Origin: a bacterium
GTDB taxonomy: Bacteria; Electryoneota; Electryoneia; Electryoneales; Electryoneaceae
NCBI GenBank assembly: GCA_963669175.1
Contig: OY769902.1
Span: 3,872,001-3,936,000 of the forward strand
DNA: 64,000 nucleotides
Direction: 5' to 3'
Part shown: positions 9,834 through 19,163 of the stretch, piece after piece
Layout: every line of letters starts with the position of its first letter
How positions within the stretch are numbered: the first letter of the stretch is position 1
Notes under the pieces: model-generated
The model's database searches: none
Seen by the model: the letters and a program-made list of their open reading frames with translations, nothing else
What the model was told of the DNA's origin: nothing
Translations under genes and position numbers: made by a program

Positions 9834-10934
9834 ATGAGAACACCCATTATCTACATAGCATTTGCTGGGGTTTTCATTTTTCTTTACCTGGCAGCGCCGC
9901 TTCACTCCCAGGAAGCTACCGAGTGGCCTGTGGATGTTTACGCGCAGCTACAGGAAGGGATTTCTCCGAAAGTAACCATTGCCCTTGGGGACGAACGGCG
10001 TGGTCGCATCCGCATCAGTGAGGATTCCTGGTGGATGTTCCTCCTTCATCTTCGCCCTCTCGATGAAGGCGCCCCGTTAAGTTTGCGCACAACCAAAGAC
10101 CTCTTGATCAATTTCTGGAATACAGGCAGTAAGAACGTGCAGTTGACAGATGAAGCCGGTTCTTATGACACTATGGGTAAGAAGGTTTATTATGCGGAAG
10201 CGCTGTTTACACAAGGCACCATTCGAACTCGTTTCCTGGTATGGGATGATCCTGAGCGAAATCGCCGTTATATCGCCGACATGAATATCAACATAGGAAA
10301 AGACACGCCGGATTCACTGCTGTTGGTTACACAACAACTTATCGCCTTATCCGCTCGAGCATACAATACTCCGCCACCGGGCAACCTGCCGGAATGGCTA
10401 TCCAAAGAGGAATCCTTTGAGGATATAAACCTGTCCATCAACATTCCTGAAGACTGCTCTGCTTCTACCTTCCCTGGCTTCAATAGTCTTCGTGGTGAAC
10501 GCCCTGCATCGGAATGGGCCTCCATGTGGGTATTACCCAAGGGCTCAAACTGGCGCATGGACCTGACCTGGGGGCCTCAAGCGGCCGAGTCCCCGGAAGA
10601 ATGGATTAAGGAACAACTGCCGGACTCCCTGGGAAGTGAAGCTATTGTTGAGGTCAAACAGGTCAAGCTTGAAGAGATTGCCCCCGGCCAATGGATAGGA
10701 AACGCTGTAACCACAACCACATTCAACAGGCGTGAAACCGTCGAGTCCTGGCGTCTTGTCGCTGCCGAATGGAAATCCCAGGGCAATACCTACCGCTCGC
10801 TGGTAGCTTGCAATGTTTTCAATGACAAGTGGGGAATCAAGATTGACGGCATGATTGATGATTCACTGCTTCACTCCCGCGCTGCGCGCTGGTTTGCACG
10901 AATTCAAAGCGCTCCTGCATGGCAGGCCAGGTAA
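9834..10934 (+). CDS. Hypothetical exported protein
   Basis: Long ORF with signal-peptide-like N-terminus MRTPIIYIAFAGVFIFLYLAAPLHS; no family recognised. Confidence 0.7.
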   Translation: MRTPIIYIAFAGVFIFLYLAAPLHSQEATEWPVDVYAQLQEGISPKVTIALGDERRGRIRISEDSWWMFLLHLRPLDEGAPLSLRTTKDLLINFWNTGSKNVQLTDEAGSYDTMGKKVYYAEALFTQGTIRTRFLVWDDPERNRRYIADMNINIGKDTPDSLLLVTQQLIALSARAYNTPPPGNLPEWLSKEESFEDINLSINIPEDCSASTFPGFNSLRGERPASEWASMWVLPKGSNWRMDLTWGPQAAESPEEWIKEQLPDSLGSEAIVEVKQVKLEEIAPGQWIGNAVTTTTFNRRETVESWRLVAAEWKSQGNTYRSLVACNVFNDKWGIKIDGMIDDSLLHSRAARWFARIQSAPAWQAR

Positions 10935-11041
10935 CCTCCCCCCATAGAGCAATTGACTTCACCTGAAAACCGTACTACCATTTGGTTTCTCATAAAAGGG
11001 TAATCCTTTTCTAACAGAACTCTGGCAAATCCGGAAAATCC

Positions 11042-11923
11042 ATGTCATTGTGGCAAAAATACAGGCAAACCTTGAAACCCGTTGTTGTAGAAGAATGGGT
11101 GGATCTGCTGCTATACCGTCCACTCGGGTTCGCAGTTGCCTATCCCCTTTCCTTTACGCCTGTTACGCCTAACCAGGTAACCTTATTATCCACTCTCGCA
11201 GGCGTGGCCGGTGGGGTATGCATCTGGCTGGGAAAGCACGACATGATGGTTTGGGGTGCATTGCTTTACCTTTTCTCCAATGTGTTGGATTGCACCGATG
11301 GTCAACTTGCACGGTTAACCCGGAAGTTCTCCCCGTTCGGACGCATTTTCGATGGAGTTGCGGACTACATCGTTGGGCTGGCATTCTTTTCAGCTATCGG
11401 CTTTGCATTACAACCTGCTTCCTATTCGAACTGGCTCTGGTGGTCGCTTGTCCTTGCCGGGGTGGCATTGACTGCGTTCCAGGGAATGTTCCTGAATCAT
11501 GTCCGGGAAGCCTACTTGAACGCGACACGTTTTTCCGCTCGCAGCAAAGAAAAAGATATTGAAACAGAACAGCAGCAATCCTCCAGGAAACGTAAATTCT
11601 TCCTGGCGCCGTTTGTATGGCTTTATTCTTTATATCTATCCATCGAGAATGGCGCACGAAAAAGTGTGAGGATGCCGAAGCATATTTCACCTGCTTCCCC
11701 ACGCGCCCTTGCATTAAAAATCGCTTTGGTTTTGTGGACATTCACCGGCAAGGGAACTCACGTAACATTGCTGGGTATATTCCTATTGATGGGTAAGCCC
11801 GAATACTATTTCTGGTTTATCCTGATTCCGATGAACCTTTGGCTGTTTGTCGCCTGGACAGGCCATCAGCTTGCACTCAAGTCACTGGCCAACAACAAGT
11901 TGCTTTCAAAGAAGAAGGGCTGA
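11042..11923 (+). CDS. CDP-alcohol phosphatidyltransferase family protein
   Basis: TPNQVT plus the signature DCTDGQLAR-x7-G-x3-DGVAD. Confidence 0.9.
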   Translation: MSLWQKYRQTLKPVVVEEWVDLLLYRPLGFAVAYPLSFTPVTPNQVTLLSTLAGVAGGVCIWLGKHDMMVWGALLYLFSNVLDCTDGQLARLTRKFSPFGRIFDGVADYIVGLAFFSAIGFALQPASYSNWLWWSLVLAGVALTAFQGMFLNHVREAYLNATRFSARSKEKDIETEQQQSSRKRKFFLAPFVWLYSLYLSIENGARKSVRMPKHISPASPRALALKIALVLWTFTGKGTHVTLLGIFLLMGKPEYYFWFILIPMNLWLFVAWTGHQLALKSLANNKLLSKKKG

Positions 11924-11926
11924 ACC

Positions 11927-12667
11927 ATGACAGGGTTGATTCTTGTTGCCGGAAACTCTCGTCGAATGGGTGAACTGACCGCCTATCGTCATAAAACCAT
12001 GCTGAAGGTTAAAAGCCAGCCCATCCTTCATCACATGCTGACAGCTCTGGTCCATGAAGGGATCAACAAGGTCTGTTTTGTCTGTGGCTACCGGCAGGAA
12101 GAACTGAAACAGTATGTTGCCGATAACTTCAGCGATCTGGAAGTGATATGGATCGAAAACCCTGTTTACGCTGAAACAAACACAGCCTACTCGGTCTGGC
12201 TTACTCGGGACACGCTGGAAAATGCGGGTGATGACGTCCTGCTGATCAACGGTGATGTGGTCCTTGATCATCATGCCATACACACAACCCTGGTCGCAGA
12301 TGGCGATACTGTGCTTGCGGTACGACGCGACCGTGTAGCGGAAGAAGAAGTGAAGGTCCGTCTCGATGATCAGGAACGCATTATTGAGATCGGAAAGCAT
12401 CTGGTTCCTGCTGAATCGGCCGGAGAATCTGTAGGCATTAACCGCTTGAGTACTTCTCTATTACCGAAACTATACGATACTTTCGAAGACCGGATTCAGA
12501 ACGGCAACGGTAAGCGAGAGTTCTACGAAGCTTCATTTGATGCTTTAATTCAAAAGGGTGAAGTATTTACTATAGCAGATGTTACTAACGACCCCGTAAT
12601 GGAAGTAGATACGCCAGAGGATTATGAGGAGGTCTGTAAATCAATCGCGCCACGATTACAAGCCTGA
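11927..12667 (+). CDS. LicC/IPCT-like nucleotidyltransferase (phosphocholine cytidylyltransferase family)
   Basis: LILVAGNSRRM, NPVYAETNTAYS, LLINGDV and EVDTPEDY motifs. Confidence 0.82.
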   Translation: MTGLILVAGNSRRMGELTAYRHKTMLKVKSQPILHHMLTALVHEGINKVCFVCGYRQEELKQYVADNFSDLEVIWIENPVYAETNTAYSVWLTRDTLENAGDDVLLINGDVVLDHHAIHTTLVADGDTVLAVRRDRVAEEEVKVRLDDQERIIEIGKHLVPAESAGESVGINRLSTSLLPKLYDTFEDRIQNGNGKREFYEASFDALIQKGEVFTIADVTNDPVMEVDTPEDYEEVCKSIAPRLQA

Positions 12668-12677
12668 TGCGTGAAGT

Positions 12678-13580
12678 ATGATACTTGCAGGTGAATTTGC
12701 TGCCCTGGGAACAGCTCTCTGCTGGTCCATCGGGCCGGTACTGTTTACGCTCGCCGGGAAACAGATCGGCGCCATGAATGTCAACAGGTTCCGCCTGCTC
12801 CTGGCATTTGTATTCTTCTATCTAACCTACCTGCTGGTATTCCGCAAGCCATTCCCCACGGATCTACCGACACCGGGAATAATGTTTCTTCTTGCAAGCG
12901 GTATTTCAGGCATGGCGATCGGCGATTCCATGATGTACCAGGCGTTCCTTCATTTCGGGCCACGCCGTACCATGCTGATCACCGCGATTGTTCCCCTGAT
13001 CAGCACCCTGGCAGCATGGGGATTTCTGTTTGAGATCCCGTCAATATTGCAGGTATTGGGAATTCTGCTTTCAATCTCCGGTGTGGCATGGGTAGTTATG
13101 GCCCGTAGCGAGCAGGCTTCTGTCGGCAAATCCAACTTGACACGTGGAACACTCCTTGCTTTCGGCGCTGCACTGGGACAGGCAGGCGGCTTGATCCTGG
13201 CCAAACATGCCATGGTGACGTATGATATCAGTCCGCTTCCAACGAACCTGATCAGAAATATTGGAGCGCTCACCGTCTTATGGGGGATCACCGTATTCAG
13301 CGGGAAAGCCGGCGCTACTTTCCGGACGATCAAGAATACCAAGGTCATTCTGATCATGATTGTTGCCAGCCTGATCGGTCCCTTTGCCGGGATAGGCTTG
13401 TCGATGGTGGCAATTAATCTTGCACCGGTCGGGGTTGCATCGGCGATCATGGCTACGAATCCGATTATCATTATTCCGTTTTCTCATTTCATCCTGGGTG
13501 ACCGTGCCGGATGGCGTGGCGCAGGCGGCGCGGTACTGGCTGTTGCTGGCGTGGTTCTGTTGATGCTGGTAAGCTCGTAA
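12678..13580 (+). CDS. EamA/DMT family transporter
   Basis: About 10 TM helices in two repeated halves; GEFAALGTALCW start typical of DMT proteins. Confidence 0.85.
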   Translation: MILAGEFAALGTALCWSIGPVLFTLAGKQIGAMNVNRFRLLLAFVFFYLTYLLVFRKPFPTDLPTPGIMFLLASGISGMAIGDSMMYQAFLHFGPRRTMLITAIVPLISTLAAWGFLFEIPSILQVLGILLSISGVAWVVMARSEQASVGKSNLTRGTLLAFGAALGQAGGLILAKHAMVTYDISPLPTNLIRNIGALTVLWGITVFSGKAGATFRTIKNTKVILIMIVASLIGPFAGIGLSMVAINLAPVGVASAIMATNPIIIIPFSHFILGDRAGWRGAGGAVLAVAGVVLLMLVSS

Positions 13581-13966
13581 CTGATATCATCAGATATCAC
13601 TCTGGAGACGGAGCAGGCCCTTCAATCGCGCTCCCATCGCCACTTTTAGCGTTTTTGACGCTTTGGCTTATACCACTTCTCACACATATCGTTATTTAAC
13701 AATAAATTAACATTTTTTTCAATTGTATATTTTTGGGAATAAAAAGACGGAAAACGTGTTATCATCACGTCTCTCATGCAACAAACAGCACTCAAAGAAA
13801 TGCGCGTTTTTTGTTTGAGACCTTGATTCACAAGTATAATGCGCTATATTTCCGCTAGTAAGAAGCACTGGGGTCGGGGGCAATATTGAATCGGAACGCG
13901 CTTCTTGCATTGATTAGGAAGCAGCATACCCAAGGATATGTGATTCCGTAAAACAAGGAGGACGGG

Positions 13967-14239
13967 ATGAACAAGGCCGAATTGGTGGACGCCATCGCCA
14001 AAGAGACGGGCGAAACCAAGCGTAGTGCAGAGAAGTTCCTCAATGCTTTTGTCGACACAGTGATGGGCGCAGTCGCCAAGGGTGAAAAGGTCAGCGTTGT
14101 TGGCTTCGGGAACTTTGAACGGAAAAAGCGTGAAGCCCGCAAGGGCCGCAATCCTCGCACCGGCGAAACAATCAAGATTCCGGCAAAGAAGTATCCGGCA
14201 TTCTCACCCGGCAAGGGCTTCAAGGATCAGGTCGCTTGA
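13967..14239 (+). CDS. hup: HU family DNA-binding protein
   Basis: MNKAELVDAIA, GFGNF and GRNPRTGE; GGAGG RBS. Confidence 0.97.
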   Translation: MNKAELVDAIAKETGETKRSAEKFLNAFVDTVMGAVAKGEKVSVVGFGNFERKKREARKGRNPRTGETIKIPAKKYPAFSPGKGFKDQVA

Positions 14240-14270
14240 GAACTTGACCAGTAAGTTTTCGTTTTTAATT

Positions 14271-14305
14271 GCGCAGTCCCGGATTGGGGGGCTGCGTTTT
14301 TCTTT
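14271..14305 (+). terminator. Intrinsic terminator after hup
   Basis: GCGCAGTCCC...GGGCTGCGT stem followed by a T-run. Confidence 0.7.
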
Positions 14306-14409
14306 ACCTGGAACTCCTCTACTCCCCGGAAAAGTAGTGGCAGAGCGAACCACGCTTGCGTTGGGGCCGCCGTTCCTCTATTTTCGGAGCAGATAACCAG
14401 GGGGTTTGC

Positions 14410-14763
14410 ATGGATTACGATAAGGATAACATCTTCGCCAAAATTCTCCGGAAGGAAATTCCGGCGAACATCGTCTTTGAGAATGATTTTGTGATGGCGT
14501 TTGAGGATGTGCGGCCCCAGGCGCCGGTTCATGTCCTGATCATTCCAAAGGCAGAAGTTCCGTCGGTAAACGAGCTGGAAGATGAGCACAAGATCTATAT
14601 TGGCGAGATGGTGCTGGCAGCGAAAGCTGTAGCAAAGAAGCTGGGAATTGCTGAAAACGGTTACCGGCTTGTTTTTAACACCTATGATGATGGCGGTCAG
14701 GAGATTTACCATATTCATCTGCACCTGCTGGGTGGTCGAAGGATGAAATGGCCTCCCGGGTGA
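14410..14763 (+). CDS. hinT: Histidine triad nucleotide-binding protein
   Basis: IFAKI, PQAPVHVLIIPK and HIHLHLLGGR motifs. Confidence 0.93.
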   Translation: MDYDKDNIFAKILRKEIPANIVFENDFVMAFEDVRPQAPVHVLIIPKAEVPSVNELEDEHKIYIGEMVLAAKAVAKKLGIAENGYRLVFNTYDDGGQEIYHIHLHLLGGRRMKWPPG

Positions 14764-14876
14764 GAGACCGTGCAGTTCTCAAGAGGTAATTGCATATTAC
14801 AGAATCATGGACATATATTCCATGATTCTGTTTTTTTAGGACAATCTTAACTGGCACGCGAAGGAGGTGAGTGCGA

Positions 14877-15083
14877 GTGCCGTACATCAAAGTACGTGAA
14901 AACGAACCGTTTGATAAAGCGTTCCGTCGCTTCACCAAGGCTTGCGAAAAGGCAGGTCTGATGGCAGAAGTACGTAAGCATCAGCGGTACGAGAAGCCGT
15001 CAGAAGCCCGTAAGCGTAAGTCAAATATCGCCCGGCGCAAGATGCGGAAGCTCCAGGCAGCGTTGGATCGCAAGGGTCGTTAA
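14877..15083 (+). CDS. rpsU: 30S ribosomal protein S21
   Basis: [14 protein letters not shown] and YEKPS; AAGGAGG RBS before the GTG at 14877. Confidence 0.96.
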   Translation: MPYIKVRENEPFDKAFRRFTKACEKAGLMAEVRKHQRYEKPSEARKRKSNIARRKMRKLQAALDRKGR

Positions 15084-15128
15084 TCAGCGCTTTTGCCGAG
15101 TAACACTGAAGCAAGTTCGAGACGCACG

Positions 15129-15569
15129 ATGGAAGCAAAACTGACAGAAGCCATAAAGCATGCCATGAAATCGGGCGACAAGCCACGATTGATGGCGTTG
15201 CGTGCGGTCAAGTCGGCGCTGACCAATGAGCGCACTCGTCATGGTGGACCGTTAAGTGACGATGATGCCGTCAAAGTTGTCGCCTCACATCGCAAGAAGA
15301 TGATGGGCGCACGAGAGCAGTATGTATCCGCGAATCGCCAGGACATGGCGGATCAAGCGGATGTGGAAATCGCAGTCTGCGATGAACTGCTGCCGGCACA
15401 GCTTTCTCCTGAAGATGTAACCCGTAAGGTTGACGAAGCCATTGAAAAGGCTGGCGCGACCAAACCGGCAGACATGGGCAAGGTTATGGGACCGCTCATG
15501 AAGGAGCTGGCTGGACAGGTTGACGGCAACGAAGTGAAACGTCTGGTCATGCAGCGTCTTGGAGGCTAA
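15129..15569 (+). CDS. yqeY: GatB/YqeY domain protein
   Basis: AMKSGDK and DMGKVMG motifs; canonical position after rpsU. Confidence 0.92.
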   Translation: MEAKLTEAIKHAMKSGDKPRLMALRAVKSALTNERTRHGGPLSDDDAVKVVASHRKKMMGAREQYVSANRQDMADQADVEIAVCDELLPAQLSPEDVTRKVDEAIEKAGATKPADMGKVMGPLMKELAGQVDGNEVKRLVMQRLGG

Positions 15570-16451
15570 ATGACAGTCCTTGACTGGACATTGCTGGCCA
15601 TTATCGGTTTTTTTCTTATCCGCGGATTATTTCGCGGATTTTTACTCGAACTGTTCGAAATCATTGTACTGGTTGCCGGCTATATGGCAGCCAGTTTTTT
15701 TGGTCCGCAATTGGGAGCATTTGCTTCCAACCTGACCGGGATGAACCGCTTCCTGTCCGGCGCCCTTTCTTTTGTCATCATTTTCGTGCTTACAGCGGTT
15801 GCCCTGGGCTATTTGGCTATCCTGCTCCGCAAGGCGGTGCGTGCAGCTCAACTTGGCTGGCTGGATCGTAGTGGTGGCGGTTTACTGGCCACGATGAAAG
15901 CGCTCATAGCCATCCTGATTGGCCTCCTGCTGTTCAGTTTCCTCCCGCTCAGCACGAAGACGGAGAACTTCCTGGCAAACGGAGCCGTGTCCGGAAAAGC
16001 ATGGTTTGTCATCAGTATTCTCCATACACGGTTGGGACTATCGCCAGTTTCGCCGGAAACGCTGCCCTCAACGACGCAAATCACTTTGTCGAAGGATTTA
16101 CCCGGAACACTGAACGAAGAGGCTCAGAAGGCGATTCTGACGCTTGTACCGGGCGCATCAACCCAGAGCATGGCCGATGTCATGCGTGCCTGGGGACTGA
16201 ACGACGAAATCGTCCACATTGTCACCGACAACCTGGATCTGATGCGTTCCATCCTGCTGCAGACACCAAAAGACAGTGGCCTGCCGGTCGAAGACATTGC
16301 CAAGGGCGATCCGGCGCTTGATCTTCCTGACAAGTTGGGTATCACAGAACAGCAACAGGAAACGATTGTCGCCATGCTGGAAAATGCCGATCTGAACCCC
16401 GAGGAAAAGGGTAAACAGTTCTGGACGCTTATCACTCCCCCGACCGAGTAA
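15570..16451 (+). CDS. cvpA: CvpA (colicin V production) family protein with extended soluble C-terminal region
   Basis: LDW...RGLFRGFLLE and LGWLDRSGG motifs. Confidence 0.8.
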   Translation: MTVLDWTLLAIIGFFLIRGLFRGFLLELFEIIVLVAGYMAASFFGPQLGAFASNLTGMNRFLSGALSFVIIFVLTAVALGYLAILLRKAVRAAQLGWLDRSGGGLLATMKALIAILIGLLLFSFLPLSTKTENFLANGAVSGKAWFVISILHTRLGLSPVSPETLPSTTQITLSKDLPGTLNEEAQKAILTLVPGASTQSMADVMRAWGLNDEIVHIVTDNLDLMRSILLQTPKDSGLPVEDIAKGDPALDLPDKLGITEQQQETIVAMLENADLNPEEKGKQFWTLITPPTE

Positions 16452-16457
16452 AGTAGC

Positions 16458-17372
16458 ATGCCTGTCCCGTTGATTCCCATGCAGGAACGCGCTGAAGTGG
16501 CAATGGAACGTCTGCCACATCTCAAACGCCTTATGGCGCGCTGCCGTTTATGCCCCCAACATTGCAACATTCGGAGATATCGTGGCGAACGTGGTGAATG
16601 CGGGATAGACGCCCATCCGTTTGTATCCAGTTCGCATCTCCATCCGGGTGAAGAACCGGTTATCTCGGGGCGGCGTGGATCGGGGACGGTTTTCTTCAGC
16701 GGCTGCAACCTGGCCTGCCTGTTCTGCCAGAATTATCCCATCAGCCAGTTGCAGTCCGGGGAAGCCGAGACGGTTGCTCAGCTTGCAGAGCGTTTTCTCG
16801 AGCTGCAACGTATGGGCGCACATAATATAAACCTGGTCACTCCTACCCCCCAGATTGCAGTGATCGTGGAAGCGTTGATCATCGCCTGGCAAAACGGGCT
16901 TTCTCTTCCCATCGCTTACAACTGCGGCGGGTATGAAAGTGTTGACGTCCTGCGACTGCTTGATGGGCTGATCGACATCTACATGCCCGACATGAAATAC
17001 GGTCAGGATGAGTTGGGAACAGTATCCGGCATAGCCGACTATTCCACCCGTGCCAGGGCAGCACTGAAAGAGATGCATCGCCAGGTGGGTGATCTTGAAG
17101 TTAATGATGACGGTATCGCGGTACGGGGCATGATCGTGCGGCATCTTGTGCTTCCCAACGGTCAGTCAGGAACACCGGACGTGTTGCGGTTTCTGGCGCA
17201 GGAACTGGGAACCTGCCTGTATATCAGCCTGATGTCACAATATTACCCTTCGTACAAAGCTGAAAAATCGCCTCAACTGAATCGGCGCCTGCATGCCAAT
17301 GAATACGAAGAAGTGGAGCAACTGGTTGAGGAATTGGGACTGGTGAATGGATGGGTGCAACCGTTCTGTTGA
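16458..17372 (+). CDS. PflX-like radical SAM protein
   Basis: HPGEEPVISG, GCNLACLFCQN (CxxxCxxC), NINLVTPT and RHLVLP. Confidence 0.88.
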   Translation: MPVPLIPMQERAEVAMERLPHLKRLMARCRLCPQHCNIRRYRGERGECGIDAHPFVSSSHLHPGEEPVISGRRGSGTVFFSGCNLACLFCQNYPISQLQSGEAETVAQLAERFLELQRMGAHNINLVTPTPQIAVIVEALIIAWQNGLSLPIAYNCGGYESVDVLRLLDGLIDIYMPDMKYGQDELGTVSGIADYSTRARAALKEMHRQVGDLEVNDDGIAVRGMIVRHLVLPNGQSGTPDVLRFLAQELGTCLYISLMSQYYPSYKAEKSPQLNRRLHANEYEEVEQLVEELGLVNGWVQPFC

Positions 17373-17428
17373 ATTAAGAATTAAGAATTAAAAATTAAAA
17401 ATTAAAAATTAAAAAAATAAGAATATAA
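17371..17428 (+). repeat. 7-bp AT-rich microsatellite (G/A)AATTAA, about 7-8 units, interrupted by the IS
   Basis: gaattaa gaattaa gaattaa aaattaa aaattaa aaattaa...; degenerate heptamers resume after 18892. Confidence 0.8.
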
Positions 17429-18891
17429 CTCGGTTTTGCTCATTTTAGCGGATCAAGCGGCTTTGTGAATAAGGAATTTAAGGATATTGCTTTTCTTTTT
17501 TAAGAATCCGCGTGGCTGCTTGCATTCGGGAAAAATCGCCTGCATCCACAATTCAGCACGCAATGCCTGATGCACGTCTGAGAAACTGGGTTCCAGTTTT
17601 GTGTACCACTCTGTTTGCGCAACAGCTTTCTGCTCTGGCTGCTGACTATACCAAACAACCATCAGACTGAACAAGCCAAACAGCAGGGGCACTGTTCTTT
17701 GAATCGATTTTTTTGACCAGTTTTCTGTCGTTTCGATACGCAGATGTTTCCGTGACTCTTCAAACGTGGTTTCCAACGCCCATCGTCGTACATATGAGCT
17801 GACAACCTGGGCCGGGGTTAAGTCTGTTTTGGATGTAGATAAGACAATGTCCTTGTTTTTGCCGTCGGGATCACGCGCCACCACCCAGCGTATCAGGACA
17901 ACATCTTCCCCGGAACGATACCAGCAGCCAACACCGGAAAGCAGCAACAGGTCTTTTGTCTTGTTCCCATACCAGAGGCAAGACGCTTTTTCCCAGGCAG
18001 CATCCGGCTTTTTCGCCTCTTGTCCCGGTGCGGGCAAACGGTCACCGACTTTGCGCGGACGTCCACGTTTCCCGTTCGGTGGAGGCGGCGGATCATGCAG
18101 CACCGTATCCATACGCGAATGCCCGATGATAGCAAGACGGTTCTCTTTCGCCACGAAACGGTGAAGTTCGTGGGCATTCAACGTACCGTCGGCAAGAATC
18201 AGAAAACGGCGGTCCGGAAACCATCGAAGCAGCAGACGCACCCCGAGAATGATCAGGTGTACAGGACTGCGGTACTTCGATTCCGGAACACGCTTTTTGG
18301 CGATCTCCGGAAACACGAATACAGGAAGCGCCCAGATCTGCGAACGATAACGGGTGCGCAAACCAATCGAAATCACCATCCATTGAAGACCGCGAGCATA
18401 AACGACTTTTGTCCCTGCTTTGCCCGAACGGACGGGATCACGGTGAACGGATATCTGGTAAACATGCTTTCCCCAACGACGGATCAGGGTATCATCCACG
18501 ATCAGAAGGATCGGATCACGTTCGGCAATCTGATCAAGTATCAAAGAGCAGAGAATCTTTGCCAGTTTCAGGGCGGACCAGTTGGCAGACGAAAGAAAAT
18601 GGTGATAACAAGACCAACTCTTTTCAACCGGTCCGGGAAATACACGTAATAACTGACAGACTGTCTGACGACCGAAATTCAATACAGCGCCGATAGCCAA
18701 CAGTACAAAATTCTCATAAACAGGTTTCCGAAACACCGGACGAAAACTTGCAAGTAACTCAAAAAATGACGATGTTATGGCAGGCATGGTTATCTCCTTT
18801 ACAACCCTGAAAGACTTGGACATCTTCTTGGTTGTAAAATGAACCATGCCTTTTACTTTTTGCAAGACCTGAGTAATTCAACAAAACCGAG
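17429..18891 (-). mobile_element. IS701-like insertion sequence, 1463 bp
   Basis: TIRs CTCGGTTTTG(C/T)T at 17429 and 18891; AATATAA direct repeat on both flanks (17422-17428, 18892-18898); contains a DDE transposase. Confidence 0.88.
17453..18787 (-). CDS. IS701-like DDE transposase
   Basis: IVDDT, LADG and Y-x2-RW-x2-E-x2-F motifs; AAAGGAGA RBS before ATG 18787. Confidence 0.9.
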   Translation of the reverse strand: MPAITSSFFELLASFRPVFRKPVYENFVLLAIGAVLNFGRQTVCQLLRVFPGPVEKSWSCYHHFLSSANWSALKLAKILCSLILDQIAERDPILLIVDDTLIRRWGKHVYQISVHRDPVRSGKAGTKVVYARGLQWMVISIGLRTRYRSQIWALPVFVFPEIAKKRVPESKYRSPVHLIILGVRLLLRWFPDRRFLILADGTLNAHELHRFVAKENRLAIIGHSRMDTVLHDPPPPPNGKRGRPRKVGDRLPAPGQEAKKPDAAWEKASCLWYGNKTKDLLLLSGVGCWYRSGEDVVLIRWVVARDPDGKNKDIVLSTSKTDLTPAQVVSSYVRRWALETTFEESRKHLRIETTENWSKKSIQRTVPLLFGLFSLMVVWYSQQPEQKAVAQTEWYTKLEPSFSDVHQALRAELWMQAIFPECKQPRGFLKKKSNILKFLIHKAA

Positions 18892-19163
18892 AATATAAAA
18901 GAATCGTTAATTAGGAATCAGAAATGACAAGTTAGAAATCGACTAATAATTTATGATTTATGTTTTAGTCAAATAGAGCAGTACAACCGCCCGAGTGCAA
19001 GCACTCCGGGCCACGCGAATGTATCAGGCTTTCAGGCTTATCGGTTTCGCGGCAAACATAGGACAATTCTCCCGGCCAGGCATACGCCGGAAAACGTACA
19101 GGTGGCCGGGCTACTTAATACCTTCTTTACTTTTTGTTACTTTTTTTACCTTTTTCACTTCTT

